From Balanoglossus misakiensis (Eukaryota > Animalia > Hemichordata), in contig CM082582.2 of assembly GCA_040954595.2 (NCBI GenBank), positions 124,001-188,000 of the forward strand: a stretch of 64,000 bases of DNA. Direction: 5' to 3'. Below are positions 49,638 to 61,532 of this stretch, in pieces. Positions within the stretch are counted from its first letter, which is position 1, and each line of letters starts with the position of its first letter. The notes under the pieces are model-generated. The model was not told the DNA's origin. It worked only from the letters and a program-made list of their open reading frames with translations, and did no database searches. Both the position numbers and the translations under genes were made by a program.

Positions 49638-51074
49638 TATTATTATTCTTCTTCTTCCGAGAAATTCGGCCAGGTAGATCTGGAAAACCGCAGCACCTAG
49701 GGGGCTGAAACTTGGTAGGGTGATAGGGGCCAATGAGTAGACGTGCAGTGGCTCGTGAATATTTAATTAGTCACGTGACCTGGCGGCCATATTGGATTTC
49801 CTGAAAATCGTTAAACGAGTCCTTCTCAAAAACTACTGGGCCGATCGAGTTCAAATTTGGTGTGCAGGTAGCCTACCTTCTGTCCATCATTTTACCCCAT
49901 TGAAATCATGACGTCACACATAAAGTTTTTTTGCTACAATTGTTTTTCTGAAAAACTACTTAAAACTTTAAAAATCTTCTTCTCCAGAACCAGCGATTGC
50001 CGAGTCACGGGATTTGGGGCATGTGGTCACCTAACCTATGTCTATCAAGTTTGCGAAGCGCACTGTGATGGGTCGATCATTATGGCGGCCATGTTGGATT
50101 TTCGGAAAACCATTGAAAAATGAAAATTCCGTTTTGTAGCCAAAATATTGACAGCACGGAAATTCTATTTTTGGATATGAGTCATCATATGACCGGAAGT
50201 TGTCACAATTTTTCGGGGCAATTTTCACATGACCTTTGACCCAGTTTTAAAACAACTAATTATATATGCATATTCCCCATACCTCCTCTTGTAAAAGCAC
50301 CACAGTCATGAATTTTGTAGACATGGGTACCAATGCTGCCAGGACATGACACAAATATTTTGGTAATTTTGGCAATGACCTTTGACCTATTTCTGAAACA
50401 TCATTTTTCTGCATATCTAATTCCATGCTACCCAATAGGGCAAGAGGTCTGGTATTGGTTGGACATGGACCAGTATAGGGTCAAAATTTTATGCTCTAAT
50501 TTTGGGTGACCTTGGGTGACCTTTGATCTACTTTCCCATATTTCAGCCTCCAGAGCAGTTAGAGCCCTGGCTTGTATGGGTATTGAGCACATAATGGAGT
50601 CTTACACAAGACCTCATTAATTATGTGCATACCTAATTGCAGGCGAACCAATAGGGCTAGGGGTCTGGTTTTTTTTTGGATCTAGACTAGTATGGGGTCC
50701 AATTTTTTTGCCCAAATTTGGGGTGACCTCAGGTGACCTTTGACCTACTTTCCCATATCTTGGTATCCCAAGCAGATACAGCCGTGGCATTTGCTGGTCA
50801 CCATGGGAACCGCTTGTGCCCCGCCAACGCTGCTTGCAGCTTTAATTAGTGATGTATTTGTGATACAGTGTCATTTAAAATAACAAATTACTTGAGATGA
50901 TTCACTTCATAATTCTGAGACAAGTATACAGGCATGTAGAAAATTCTTTGGAGGACATTAAATGTCATTTCTAATCAACCATTTTCTGAATATCATAAGA
51001 CTCTGCGAGATCTCACATGGCTAACCGGGTCTCGCAAGATCTCGCACTGAGTTGATAATCTGTTGTAAACACAT

Positions 51075-51105
<31 letters not shown>

Positions 51106-52948
51106 AACATAACCCCAGTCGCACTGACTTGAAAATCTGTTGTAAACACATACATGCATACACACATACCCCTCAGTTTCATCACACAGCAAACTGAACA
51201 AGTACCACAATCTTACCATTTGTACATCTGGTACAGTTTGTTGCACCAGCCAATGACACGTAACCCTTGGTACACTTGAATTGCGATGCACTGGGATCTG
51301 TGCAGGCGTACCCTTGCTCACAAATAGTACACTGTTCAGCACCGGCTGATCTGTAAATCAAACAAAGAATTTACACACCAAGTTAACCTTTGAATACCAC
51401 TGTAAAAAATTGGCGCAAATTTTAATTATTTTCATAAATAGAGGTCTATTCAAATTTGATGTTGGAAATAAAGGTGGGTGGGTAGAAGTTTACCTGTTAT
51501 GCAAGAGGTACAGCGAGACATCCTTTGTCCAAGGCCGAACTGTAATAACCAGCCGAGCATAAAATCACAGTGTTACCATTTGGACAATGGTTACCAGCTT
51601 GGCAATCAGCACATGATGTTTGTGCTGAAAATAAACAGAGATTTATAGAATCTTATAGTCACAGTCATACCTTCAAAGACGTGGGATTCTCACGCGGGTT
51701 GGGGAGACATAAATCCCTGGCAAAAGATTGAGGACAGGAAAATGCCAAACCAGAGATATTGGTAACAGAAACTGTATACAGTCAATGCCATATGGCAGTG
51801 TGCTGTTCTAACAACCGACAAGAATGTGACGATCATAGTCTGTGTCGGAGATTTGGAAAAGAGCAAATTCGGTGAAAAGACGGGACAAAACAAAAGTCTA
51901 CTTATACGATGCACATGAAAACTGGATGAAAGCGAAGCAGTCCACTATTTGAATGCATTGGATGTAAAATTGGCAGAATATTTGGACTGGACATAATGTT
52001 TGTACGCACAGAATTAGGCACATGCACATAAGATGATCGTCCGCCTAAGTGAAAGATTACACAGTAATGCCCAAACTTTAAGTGCTGACTCACCATTTAT
52101 ATTAGTGTAGTATCCATCTTCACACACCTCTGGCTCCGACATACCATCATATTGGCACTTATACCCAGGGCAGGACAAGGCGTACAGTCTATACTTCCAT
52201 TGTTGGCAAAATATCCCTGTCCGCATTGTGTTGGTGATGAGAGGCTGGCTGTTCCACACATGAAACCCTTGGACACAGCGTGCATGCTTCAGAACATGCT
52301 GAACGGTAACTTCCAACTGCGCAGTCCTGTAGGAGTAAAGACATCAAATATTAGGGAGGTTTAAGAGCCCTCTAGCCAGCAAACTTCATCAAGGATGTAC
52401 GCGCAGAACATAAACTGGAAACACTGCGCGCCCGGTCCTTTTCCCATAGGATTACATTGATAATCGCCAGAAAACAAACTTCTACTATTGTCATTTTCAC
52501 GAAATTTTACACATAGCTCAGTCCAGCAAATATAAATTCATTGGTCAAATAAAATATAGGCGTCACCGCGCTCTTTTTTGAGATAAATTGCGTTAAGAAT
52601 TTTGCCCATAGACAAACCATTGGTGAAAAATGCTGAGTCAGCAGATTTCTTCTATTATCGACCAAATTCATGGCTCTGTATTTCAAAAACAAGCCCAGTG
52701 ACCCCTATATTTTATTACGGATTTTCATTATACATACAAAGGAGAATAAAAAAATCCACAATTAAAAAAAATGACAATACTTTCAATTTTACTGAACGTA
52801 CATCCTTAATGTTACTTAATATGTAGTGGAGCACCAAAACCCAAATTTTCATATCGATTGTGTATTTTGTGATAAAAGCACCAAACTTGGCTCAGATGTG
52901 TGTTAATGTGTACTGAACGAATTCAGATAGCGAGTCACTAAATATCTG

Positions 52949-53375
52949 TAGTCTCGGTTACCCAGAGCCCTCTGCTTCTTCCGTTAGGCACTCCAGAAAG
53001 AGGGTCTGGGGAAACCCGGTAGACACATTGCCGGGCGGAATCGGGACAGCTGCGATGCATGACGGGAGCTTAATATTCGGTACGATATTATGATATGACG
53101 ATATTAGAAAACTATTAACCAAACTTCTCTCTCTCTTTTCAATTTGTAGACAGTTTTAGCAGGTCTAGCACTACTCAGCATGTTTTCTTTATCGTATGAC
53201 ATACATGTCGGCCGTGAGGTTCGCGCGCAGGACGTTGCCATTTTGGAATATTAAGCTCCCGTCATGCATCGCAGCTGTCCTGATTCCGCCCGGCGATTTG
53301 TCTACCGGGTTTCCCCAGACCCTCTTTCTGGAGTGCCTAACGGAAGAAGCAGAGGGCTCTGGGTAACCGAGACTA
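52949..53375. mobile_element. MITE with ~130-bp TIRs and 10-bp TSD (AcademH-like), copy B only
   Basis: TAGTCTCGGTTACCCAGAG...CTCTGGGTAACCGAGACTA; TAAATATCTG at 52939-52948 and 53376-53385; empty site at ~4547-4556. Confidence 0.88.
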
Positions 53376-53649
53376 TAAATATCTGTTGAAGAGTTTCCAT
53401 GTCAACCATTTTTTTTCAAAATGGCCGCCAATACAGATAATCACACCTGTTAAACACCAAAATAAATTCAGATTACAATATTTGAAACAAGAAACTACGG
53501 AAAGAATGGTTTGCAATAGAACTATGGTTATTAAACTACAAATGTACTTATAAGGGTAACTAAGGGATCAAAACACAGGTGAAACTTTCAATCCCTGGTT
53601 CTCGCATTAGTATAGGTGCTCCCCCCAGTCAAACATTATGGCTAGTTGC

Positions 53650-54510
53650 GATATTTAACTGGAAAGTGCAGTTCACGAAATAAAAACCTGGATGACACAT
53701 AATAAACTTCAACTCAATGGTGGCAAAACCGAGGTACTCCTGATAAGGTCTCAGTTCAACCGCTCGCCTCGTCCCATAAACCACATGAGCATTGGATCAT
53801 GTTATGTTCAAATTGTGAATTCTGCACGGAATATAGGTGTGACATTCGACGACAATTACACTTTCAATAAGCACATTAATGCAATTTGCAAGTCAATTTT
53901 CTTCCATCTGCGTCAAATCAGCCACATCGCCGTTACCTCACTAAGGAAGTTTGCCAGATGCTGGTTCATGCTCTAATCACATCAAAACTGAACTACTGTA
54001 ATGCACTACTCTGTGGTTTACCATCATCATGCATGCTACAGCATGCCCTGAATTCTGCAGCCAGGATCGTTTCTCGTACCCGTAAAACGGATCATATTAC
54101 TCCTGTTCTCATGGATTTACATTGGTTGCCTGTACACTATAGAATCCAATACAAGATCTTGCTTATGACATATAAGGCATTAAACAACACAGCACCAGCT
54201 TACATCTCTGACTTAATCCATCTGAAAACTTCAACAAGACTTCTTCGTTCAAATGACAAATTTCTACTTCATGTACCATGGAGTAAGAAGAAAACGTACG
54301 GCGATCGTGCTTTTTCGTATATCGCCCCACTCATCTGGAACAGTGTCCCAATAGAGGTATGCTAGTCACCTAGCCTTGACAGTTTCAAGAAACACATCAA
54401 GACTTATCTGTTTAACAGAGCCTATTAACAGTAACTTTACATTGTAAAGCACTATTGAACACTATTGCAGTGGAGTTTGGTGCTCTATAAGTCCTTTTGA
54501 TTGATTGATG
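53650..54510 (+). mobile_element. L2/Crack-like LINE fragment, copy B
   Basis: Paralogue of 4820-5680 (ORFs 53692-53976 and 53886-54365). Confidence 0.88.
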
Positions 54511-54995
54511 AACAGTTTACCACCTTAGCTAAACACATAAACAGATCACCGATACGTCCGAATAGCGTGTGTATGAGGGCTTGGCTAACTTGTGACCTCA
54601 GTAAAGATCATGTGAAAATGTCCATTTTGTTTGGTCGGGCATTCATTCTTGTCGGCAAAAACTGCCATAGGAAATTATAAACTTAAGTCAAATTGTTGAA
54701 ACAATAAATAATAGTCCATGTGTCTTGATACTTCAGATCATGCATCGGTTCGACTCTGTCTGTAGTCGGCTACCCAAATTTATTGGGAAGTTCGGCCTTT
54801 TACACATTAATACGTGTGGTTTTCGATCATATCCTACCGGTCTTATTGGTTGGCATTAATTTGGCAGTGTGCTATAAGCATATTACATCCTACATCAAAC
54901 CAAAATAAAGCTTGTGATACTTTGACCATCAGTATTTGTTTACTTTTAGTCGCTAGTGAAATTCAAGCTCAGTAATAACTTTACAACTAACTTAT

Positions 54996-56816
54996 TAGGG
55001 GCCCAAGCCCCTATGGGTGGGGCCCCTATTGGTATTGCTGGCATTTTTCTTCTTCTTTGGCACTTTCATCGGCCACTAGGATCTTGAAAACGGCTAAACC
55101 TACAATTCTCAAATATGGCACAATGATGCAGGCCAATGAGATCTGGTGCAGTACGTCCGTGAATGTTAAATTAGTCAAGTGACCTGATGACCATATAAGG
55201 GCGAAATTTTCAAATTAGGGTATGTCGATTTTGAGAAGAAGATTTTTGATCATTATATTTCATTTTTTTTCATTGACCATGGGGGGTCTGGACCAAGGCA
55301 TAGGCTTTACTATACCCGCATAGCAAAGCTATGACAACATCGTATTTAAATAATAACACATGTTAGCGAGGGCAATATCATGATCTTTTGCCTGCACAAG
55401 GGATGGTGATCTTTGACCTTAATAATATTGATGATGCCCGAGCCGCAGGGAAGGGCATCATCAATATGTTTCGATGTGTGACGTTACCAGCACATTCCAG
55501 AAGACAGCATGGCATCGTCTGTACAAGTTGAGTGAAATACTTAGAAAGATATCGCCACATACAGTGACTGGGCTGTGTTCATGTTTTTCTCTTGAAATCA
55601 TGAACAGTGTTATACACCTCTGTATCAATGCTGTTTTAGTGACTTTTTCACACCCGTTCTTTTTGTTTTGAGTGAATAGGATAGTCAACTAACTACTGCT
55701 GGACAATGGGTGTGAGTTTCATGGCTCTCACATGATGGGGTAATCTGGGGTAACATTTTGAAAATACCATGTCATTTTCAGAACGCAGTTACGGTGTATG
55801 TACATGTGAACAGTGATACATGTACATGTGTAGGTCGGAAATTTAGATCGGGTATACACGTCTGCATCTAACACTCAAACTGCAATATTGCCAAACGTGT
55901 GTATTATACACGATATACTACATGTAGTAATTCTATTAGACTTAGTCTGCATTGGTCAATATAATATACGGAAACTAAATATGTCGATCGGATTTAATCT
56001 TTCACAGGTCCAGCTGTGGTTGCGCAGAACACGTCTCCATTTATGGTGTGAACAGGGACTGCTGTACGCATGTGCACATCTGAGTTCACGAGGTTACACC
56101 TACTGCGGTTGCGCAGAACACGTCTCCATTTATGGAGTGAACAGGGACTGACCAAGGGGCCGAAATGAGAAGCCAAATTTCGGGTGACCCCTTGACCTTT
56201 GACCCACCTTGAAAAACACATATCTACTTCTACGCTAACTAATACACCTAGGGAGCTGATTTTTGGTGGACAGGTACAACTATTGGACCAAATCATTTCG
56301 CCGCAATGTCACGTGACCTCGGTGACCTTTGAACTATTTATAACATAAATGCTCATAAGTACGTAACTATTAGACCGACAGACTTCATATTTGGTGGGAT
56401 GAAGCATACACATGTACTTGTTACCCCTTGACCTTTGACCTAATTAATTATGTGCATACCTAATTCTAGGCTTACCAATAGGGCTAGAGGTTTTGTTTCT
56501 GTTGGACATGGACAAGTGTGGGGTCCAATTTTTTCCATAATATTTTGGGTGACCTCAGGTGATCTACTTTCTCATATCTCGGCCTCCAGAGCAGGTACAG
56601 CCTTAGCATTTCGAGGGATGAGACTAAAATGAAAAGCGGAATTTTGAGGTCACCTGTACAACTGCTTAACTCATTAATTATGTGCATACCTAATTCCAGG
56701 CGAACCAATAGGGCTGAAGGTTTGGTTTCTGATTGACCTGGACCAGTATGGGGTCAAAAAATTTTGCCCAAATTTCGGGTGACCTCAGATGACCATTTTG
56801 GCTTGCAGCTATATTT
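54996..56816. mobile_element. HINE remnants, copy B (single hairpin)
   Basis: Paralogue of 6137-7809, with one GGGGCCC hairpin and ~200 extra bp at 55200-55400. Confidence 0.62.
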
Positions 56817-58219
56817 TAACCCTAATGCTACTAGGTGTCATACCTGTTTAGAGTGTCAAGTCCCTTAAAATATGTATTTGCCATTTTTTCTTCCTAAACG
56901 TATTTTGACTGTCTTGCCATGGCTCTCATATGTTAGACACACTTGGCAGTCTAAACCCCCCTTAAATGTACTAAATCGTACTGGTTTGCTCTGGTTTGGT
57001 TTGAGGGTCTTGTATAGGCCCTACTGCGTAACACGCCCTTGGCAGCCTAACAGGCCTGGGAGCCAGGATTCTAGGCACCCTGGATATCAAACTGACTTGG
57101 CAGCGTTAGGGTTAAAACTATGTATAATCACATACTAGATGTTTGAAAAATGGCAATGTCTTCTCTAAATGTTCTCCATCCAAAGGGATCTGACAAGGGT
57201 GTCCCCTGTCAGCACTTCATTTTTTGTTTGTCATAGCAATTTTCGCGACTGTTATATTAGATTTAGAGTTGACTAAAAGATAAATGGTGTCTACGATTCC
57301 AAACACATAAAAATTACACCAGTTGTGGACGACACAACATTATTTTATTTGATGAGAGTAGTGTTCATCATGCCATAAATATAGTCAAAAAATTTGTTAG
57401 TTTTAGAAACCCAACTAAATACACGAAAAGTTGGGCTTTAGATTGGTTAACTGAAAATCAGGCTGATTGCAATTTTTCGGGTGGCCCGATACTCCCAACA
57501 AGTCACTTGGAATGTACTTTCATTCTAATATTGTCATTTATTAGCATGGAGTAATCTTACTTTTTACCATAAGGGTGGAACCATGATTCATTCTCAAGAG
57601 GGGTCTGGTACCAATACTCATAATGGCCTTCGATACCGGCAGGCATGTATAGCCTATGGCTACGCCCAGCATGAGGTGGTGATTCATACTGTTGGTTGTA
57701 TGGACTAGATGGGTTCGGTGACAGCGACACAAATTTTCATGCAGATCTTGATTACACTTGTAGAGAAAAACAAAAAATCTACATATTGAAAGAAATGGTG
57801 ATACTTTAAACTGTATAAATTATTATCCCAAGACAATAAATCAAAACTTACTTTGTTCACAAAGGTCACCAGTGAAAACAATTCTGACAGAAACATGTGT
57901 ACAGTTCACATGATCCAGATGTCATCTTGCAGAAACCACTGTTCAAGCACGGATTGGGATCGCATTGGTTGATTCCTGGTTTTCAATACACAAGAAAGTT
58001 GGGACGATGAGCAATGGGGCAGAGACTGATCATCAAAAATTTGGGACAGGGAATTCCAACAAATGAGATCATTAAGTCATATATGCAAAGCAAATCAGAA
58101 AAGAGAATCAGAAGATTTTCTCCGAAGGACACCTTGCAAATTCATGATTGGAAAGACACTGCAGTCACATGTATATTGTAGTGTCCAAACACCGGTGAGC
58201 ATCTATACTTTATACATTC

Positions 58220-58990
58220 TGTAAAATGACGTAAACATTCGGGTCATTATGAATAAAGTGCGTGAACGAGGCTAGGCACTCTCACTCTTACATGCCGGAC
58301 TTGGTGTCTCGTGTTGTCATTATTGCCCACCCACGATTCTATATTTTGCGACGAGGACAGAGAACATGGAGAATCAGCTAGCCGGATCAAGAGGTCAAAT
58401 CACAAATCATACGAGGATTCACATCAGCCCGTCTCAGACATCGTGCTCTTCGGGAGGAGACGACACTAGAGAATCTACTGAGTACAGCCTGTTCATTTGA
58501 GGTATCAGAGGTTCAGGCTAGTGGGATTGAGGAGAAAACCCAAAATAATGGTGCAGATACGGCATCTGTGAAAGCGGTCAGAAAACAGCGCCATCAACGC
58601 TCTAAACCAAATAAACAAAAGAGAGCTCATCAGCAGCCAGCGAAAGGACCGTCCACTTGTTATTATTGTGGTGGCACCTATCCACATGACTCAGTATGTC
58701 CAGCTAAAGGCAAGTCATGCAGGAAGTGTGGCAAACCTAACCATTTAGCCAAATGCTACCATTCAAAAGGCAAGGCAAATAGGGTAGACAAGGATAAAAC
58801 TGTCAAAGCTGTGCATAAAGTGGAAGACAGCTCGGGAGATGAATACTGCTTCACTGTACAACAATCAAATGGCAGGAGGCCTCGAGTAACAGTGCAGATA
58901 GAACAAACAGCAGTTGCCTCACTGATCGACCCTGGTTCTACAATAAACATGATGGGTGTAAACACACACAACAACCTAAAGAACAAACCC
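58220..58990 (+). mobile_element. Gypsy gag remnant, copy B
   Basis: Paralogue of 11799-13320; lacks the 6-bp-TSD MITE and about 360 bp of gag (12351-12712). Confidence 0.85.
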
Positions 58991-60519
58991 ATGTGGCAAA
59001 CAGAAAGCCCTTTTTACCACTGCCAGCAGTGCATTATTGAGTATTTTAGCATCGCTGGATTTAGCTCTCGTCCAATCAGAGTTGCGGACGGTAGCATGAT
59101 ATAATATAGTAATATAATTGAGAATAAATCTCACGACAAGTGTACAGTTTGACAATGTACACAGATAATCCGTTTCAACAATGTTTCCTTTGTAGTGTGA
59201 ATAAAACTGCACACTTTGCAAGTTTTCAACTTCAAAACACTATGGCTATTACAGAGACAAAGCTGCTAATATACAGTGTATACCTGTCATTTTTGTTTGT
59301 GGTGAGATTTTCATTGGCACAGTCGCACAGAGCTCACACTTTCTGTTGAATTCCCTGCATACTGCTAACTTTAAGTCATATATCCACTGAAACATTAAGT
59401 TATAGAATTTTCCATCGCAGTATTCTGTTTTATATACATGTATAGCAGTCCCACACATATTGATTAATTTGACAAAAGAAACTGACTGACAATTTTCACA
59501 GCGCTCCCAGTAAAGCATCCTTGGCAGGTGCACGTCAATGCCACACACGAGGTTAGGGTTGGCAAGTGCTGCCATTTTGACATGGGTTGTTAGCACTAAT
59601 CAATTCCTACGCATGACAGAAAAATGAAGAATTAGGCTATGGGCCGGACCTGCCTATCGTTTCAAAATGCACTCTGTATATTAGGGTCTATTTTTTTTAC
59701 ATAAAAGACAAGTCTTCTTGCTCTAATATGATAAAATAAAAAAACTTCAACTTAAATATTGCGTCCTCAGAGGTAATATCGAGCCCTAAAAATCAGGTAT
59801 GCTAATGCGGTTAAAGGTCATGCAGTTCTCCTTATAACAATCGTTCGATTGGTGGTTACGTGACTGCATCAATCACAGAATGCGTTATGTCACTCAGCAA
59901 TTACACACACAGGGCAAACTATCAGGCAGCTACATGTACACTAGTATACATGTTACAGAAGATTAAACAGAATTTTTGGTAAGGAAAGTTTGAGCAAACT
60001 AGTCCATTCAATGTAAAAAATGGTGCTGATTCCAAAAAAGTCAGTCTTATTGACCCCTTTGAAGACAAAATTGCCATTTTTGCCACTTTTAACCCAAAAG
60101 GTCATTAAAAAACCCACTCAAAACACACTGTTTTCATCACATTCGGAGATCTGATGACATTTGAGGATTATGCGGAAACAGTGACACAGCAGAATAAAAA
60201 TTACAGGTGACATTTGCAAGCAGATATGATCTGACCATATAGAAATATGCAATGTAAAAACATTAACAAGGAACATGCCCAATAAACTGTCATGTGTCAT
60301 GGCAGTCTTACAAGTGGTGCTAGAAAAAAAAATTGACCAAAAATTGTCTGTACACAAACACATATGCGAAGCAACTTCTTTCAGTCAGCCCTGGAACAGA
60401 CACACACTGACCTGCCACTGGTAATTAAAATGTGATAGCTGGTGGTCTCTGTAACAGCTGGCCTATTTAAGTTATGTAAACATGTCTTTGTTCGAGGTAA
60501 CAACTCCTTGTAAATAGTA

Positions 60520-61532
60520 ACTTTAAAAACAACTGGACAATTTGTTTAGGAGAAGATTTGCTAACCAAAAACAAAGAAACTTACCAAAAAAACTCGCTAA
60601 ATATTTAATCTTTCTGATCTCAGAATTGAATAAAAGTTGCACATATACAGGTATGTGTTATGAAATTATATCCTAAATTTCAAAGCAATCAGAGAAAAAA
60701 CTAATTTCAAAGCAATCCAACAAGCAGTTTCACAGAAAATATTTGTTCAAAAGTGGCAAAAACACAAATATGCAAATATCACCAAAATTGTACAATATCT
60801 TACTTCAATCACTACAAGGAACATGCTGCCTAAGTTCAATGCAATAGGACAAGCGGTTTCAGTGAAAACAATTTTTGACAAAAATTGCAAAAGTTTCCCC
60901 GATAACACATTTATGCAAATATCTCATTTTTTACAACATATTATTTAGGTTACCCCTACGAACATGCCTACCAAATTGCAAAGCAATCTGGCATGAGGTT
61001 TTAAAGAAAAACATTTTTTGACCAAAAATGGCAAATAATGCTCAAAATTATAGATATGCAAATTTTGCAACAATTTGAACAAAACTATGGTTACTTAGAC
61101 AACATTAGGAGGCTTCATACTAAATTTCAAAGACTTTTACCAATAACATGGAAAAATACAAAAAAATGCAAAAAAAATAGGAAATCGATAATATTAGCTC
61201 AAAACATACAGGATTGTATGAGGTTGATATAAGGTACATGCATACCATTTTTCAAATCAATATGACCAGTGGTTGTCCAGTTTTTGAGTTTTGACCAATT
61301 TCACATTTTCCCAGCTAATTTGCATATTTTTGGCAATGACATCTTCATTTGAACAAACTCCCATCTACAGCCCTGCCTGCATCTACACGCCAAATATCGA
61401 GATCATACGCGCTGCGGTTTTCAAGTTTTTCATGTGGACGGACATACAGACATACATCCATCCATCCATCCATACATACAGACGTAACCAATCCCATAAG
61501 TTCCCATGGTACATACCAATGGGACCTAAAAA
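60520..61532. mobile_element. HINE-like repeat of another family (microsatellite plus terminal hairpin)
   Basis: (ACAT/CCAT)n at 61440-61480, then hairpin gttcccatggtacataccaatgggacc and an A-run; left boundary uncertain; the copy A counterpart (~14770-15374) has lost this end. Confidence 0.5.

Larger units (their letters stand above)
27658..50846. mobile_element. Outer HINE H1 (GGGGCACAAGC subTIR family) enclosing four further elements; whole block absent from copy A
   Basis: Empty site gaggtttt/tagtga at 1653-1666, no TSD, TT target. Left hairpin 27658-27690. Body resumes at 49638 and ends GCTTGTGCCCC...GCTGCTTGCAGC-TTTAAT at 50846, matching DINE-1/HINE architecture. Confidence 0.9.
27115..52326 (-). 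pseudogene. CPxGxxC-repeat pseudogene fragment, copy B (one intron expanded by the Helentron nest)
   Basis: Exons at ~27115-27211, 27437-27634, 51216-51350, 51495-51626 and 52095-52326 match the copy A exons, including shared stops and frameshifts. Confidence 0.78.

Noticed and set aside
48382-50846. Simple tandem duplication or LTR pair of 1.2 kb
   Set aside because: The second copy lacks its hairpin because that end lies at 27658. These are two HINE insertions, with no TG..CA ends, PBS or TSD.
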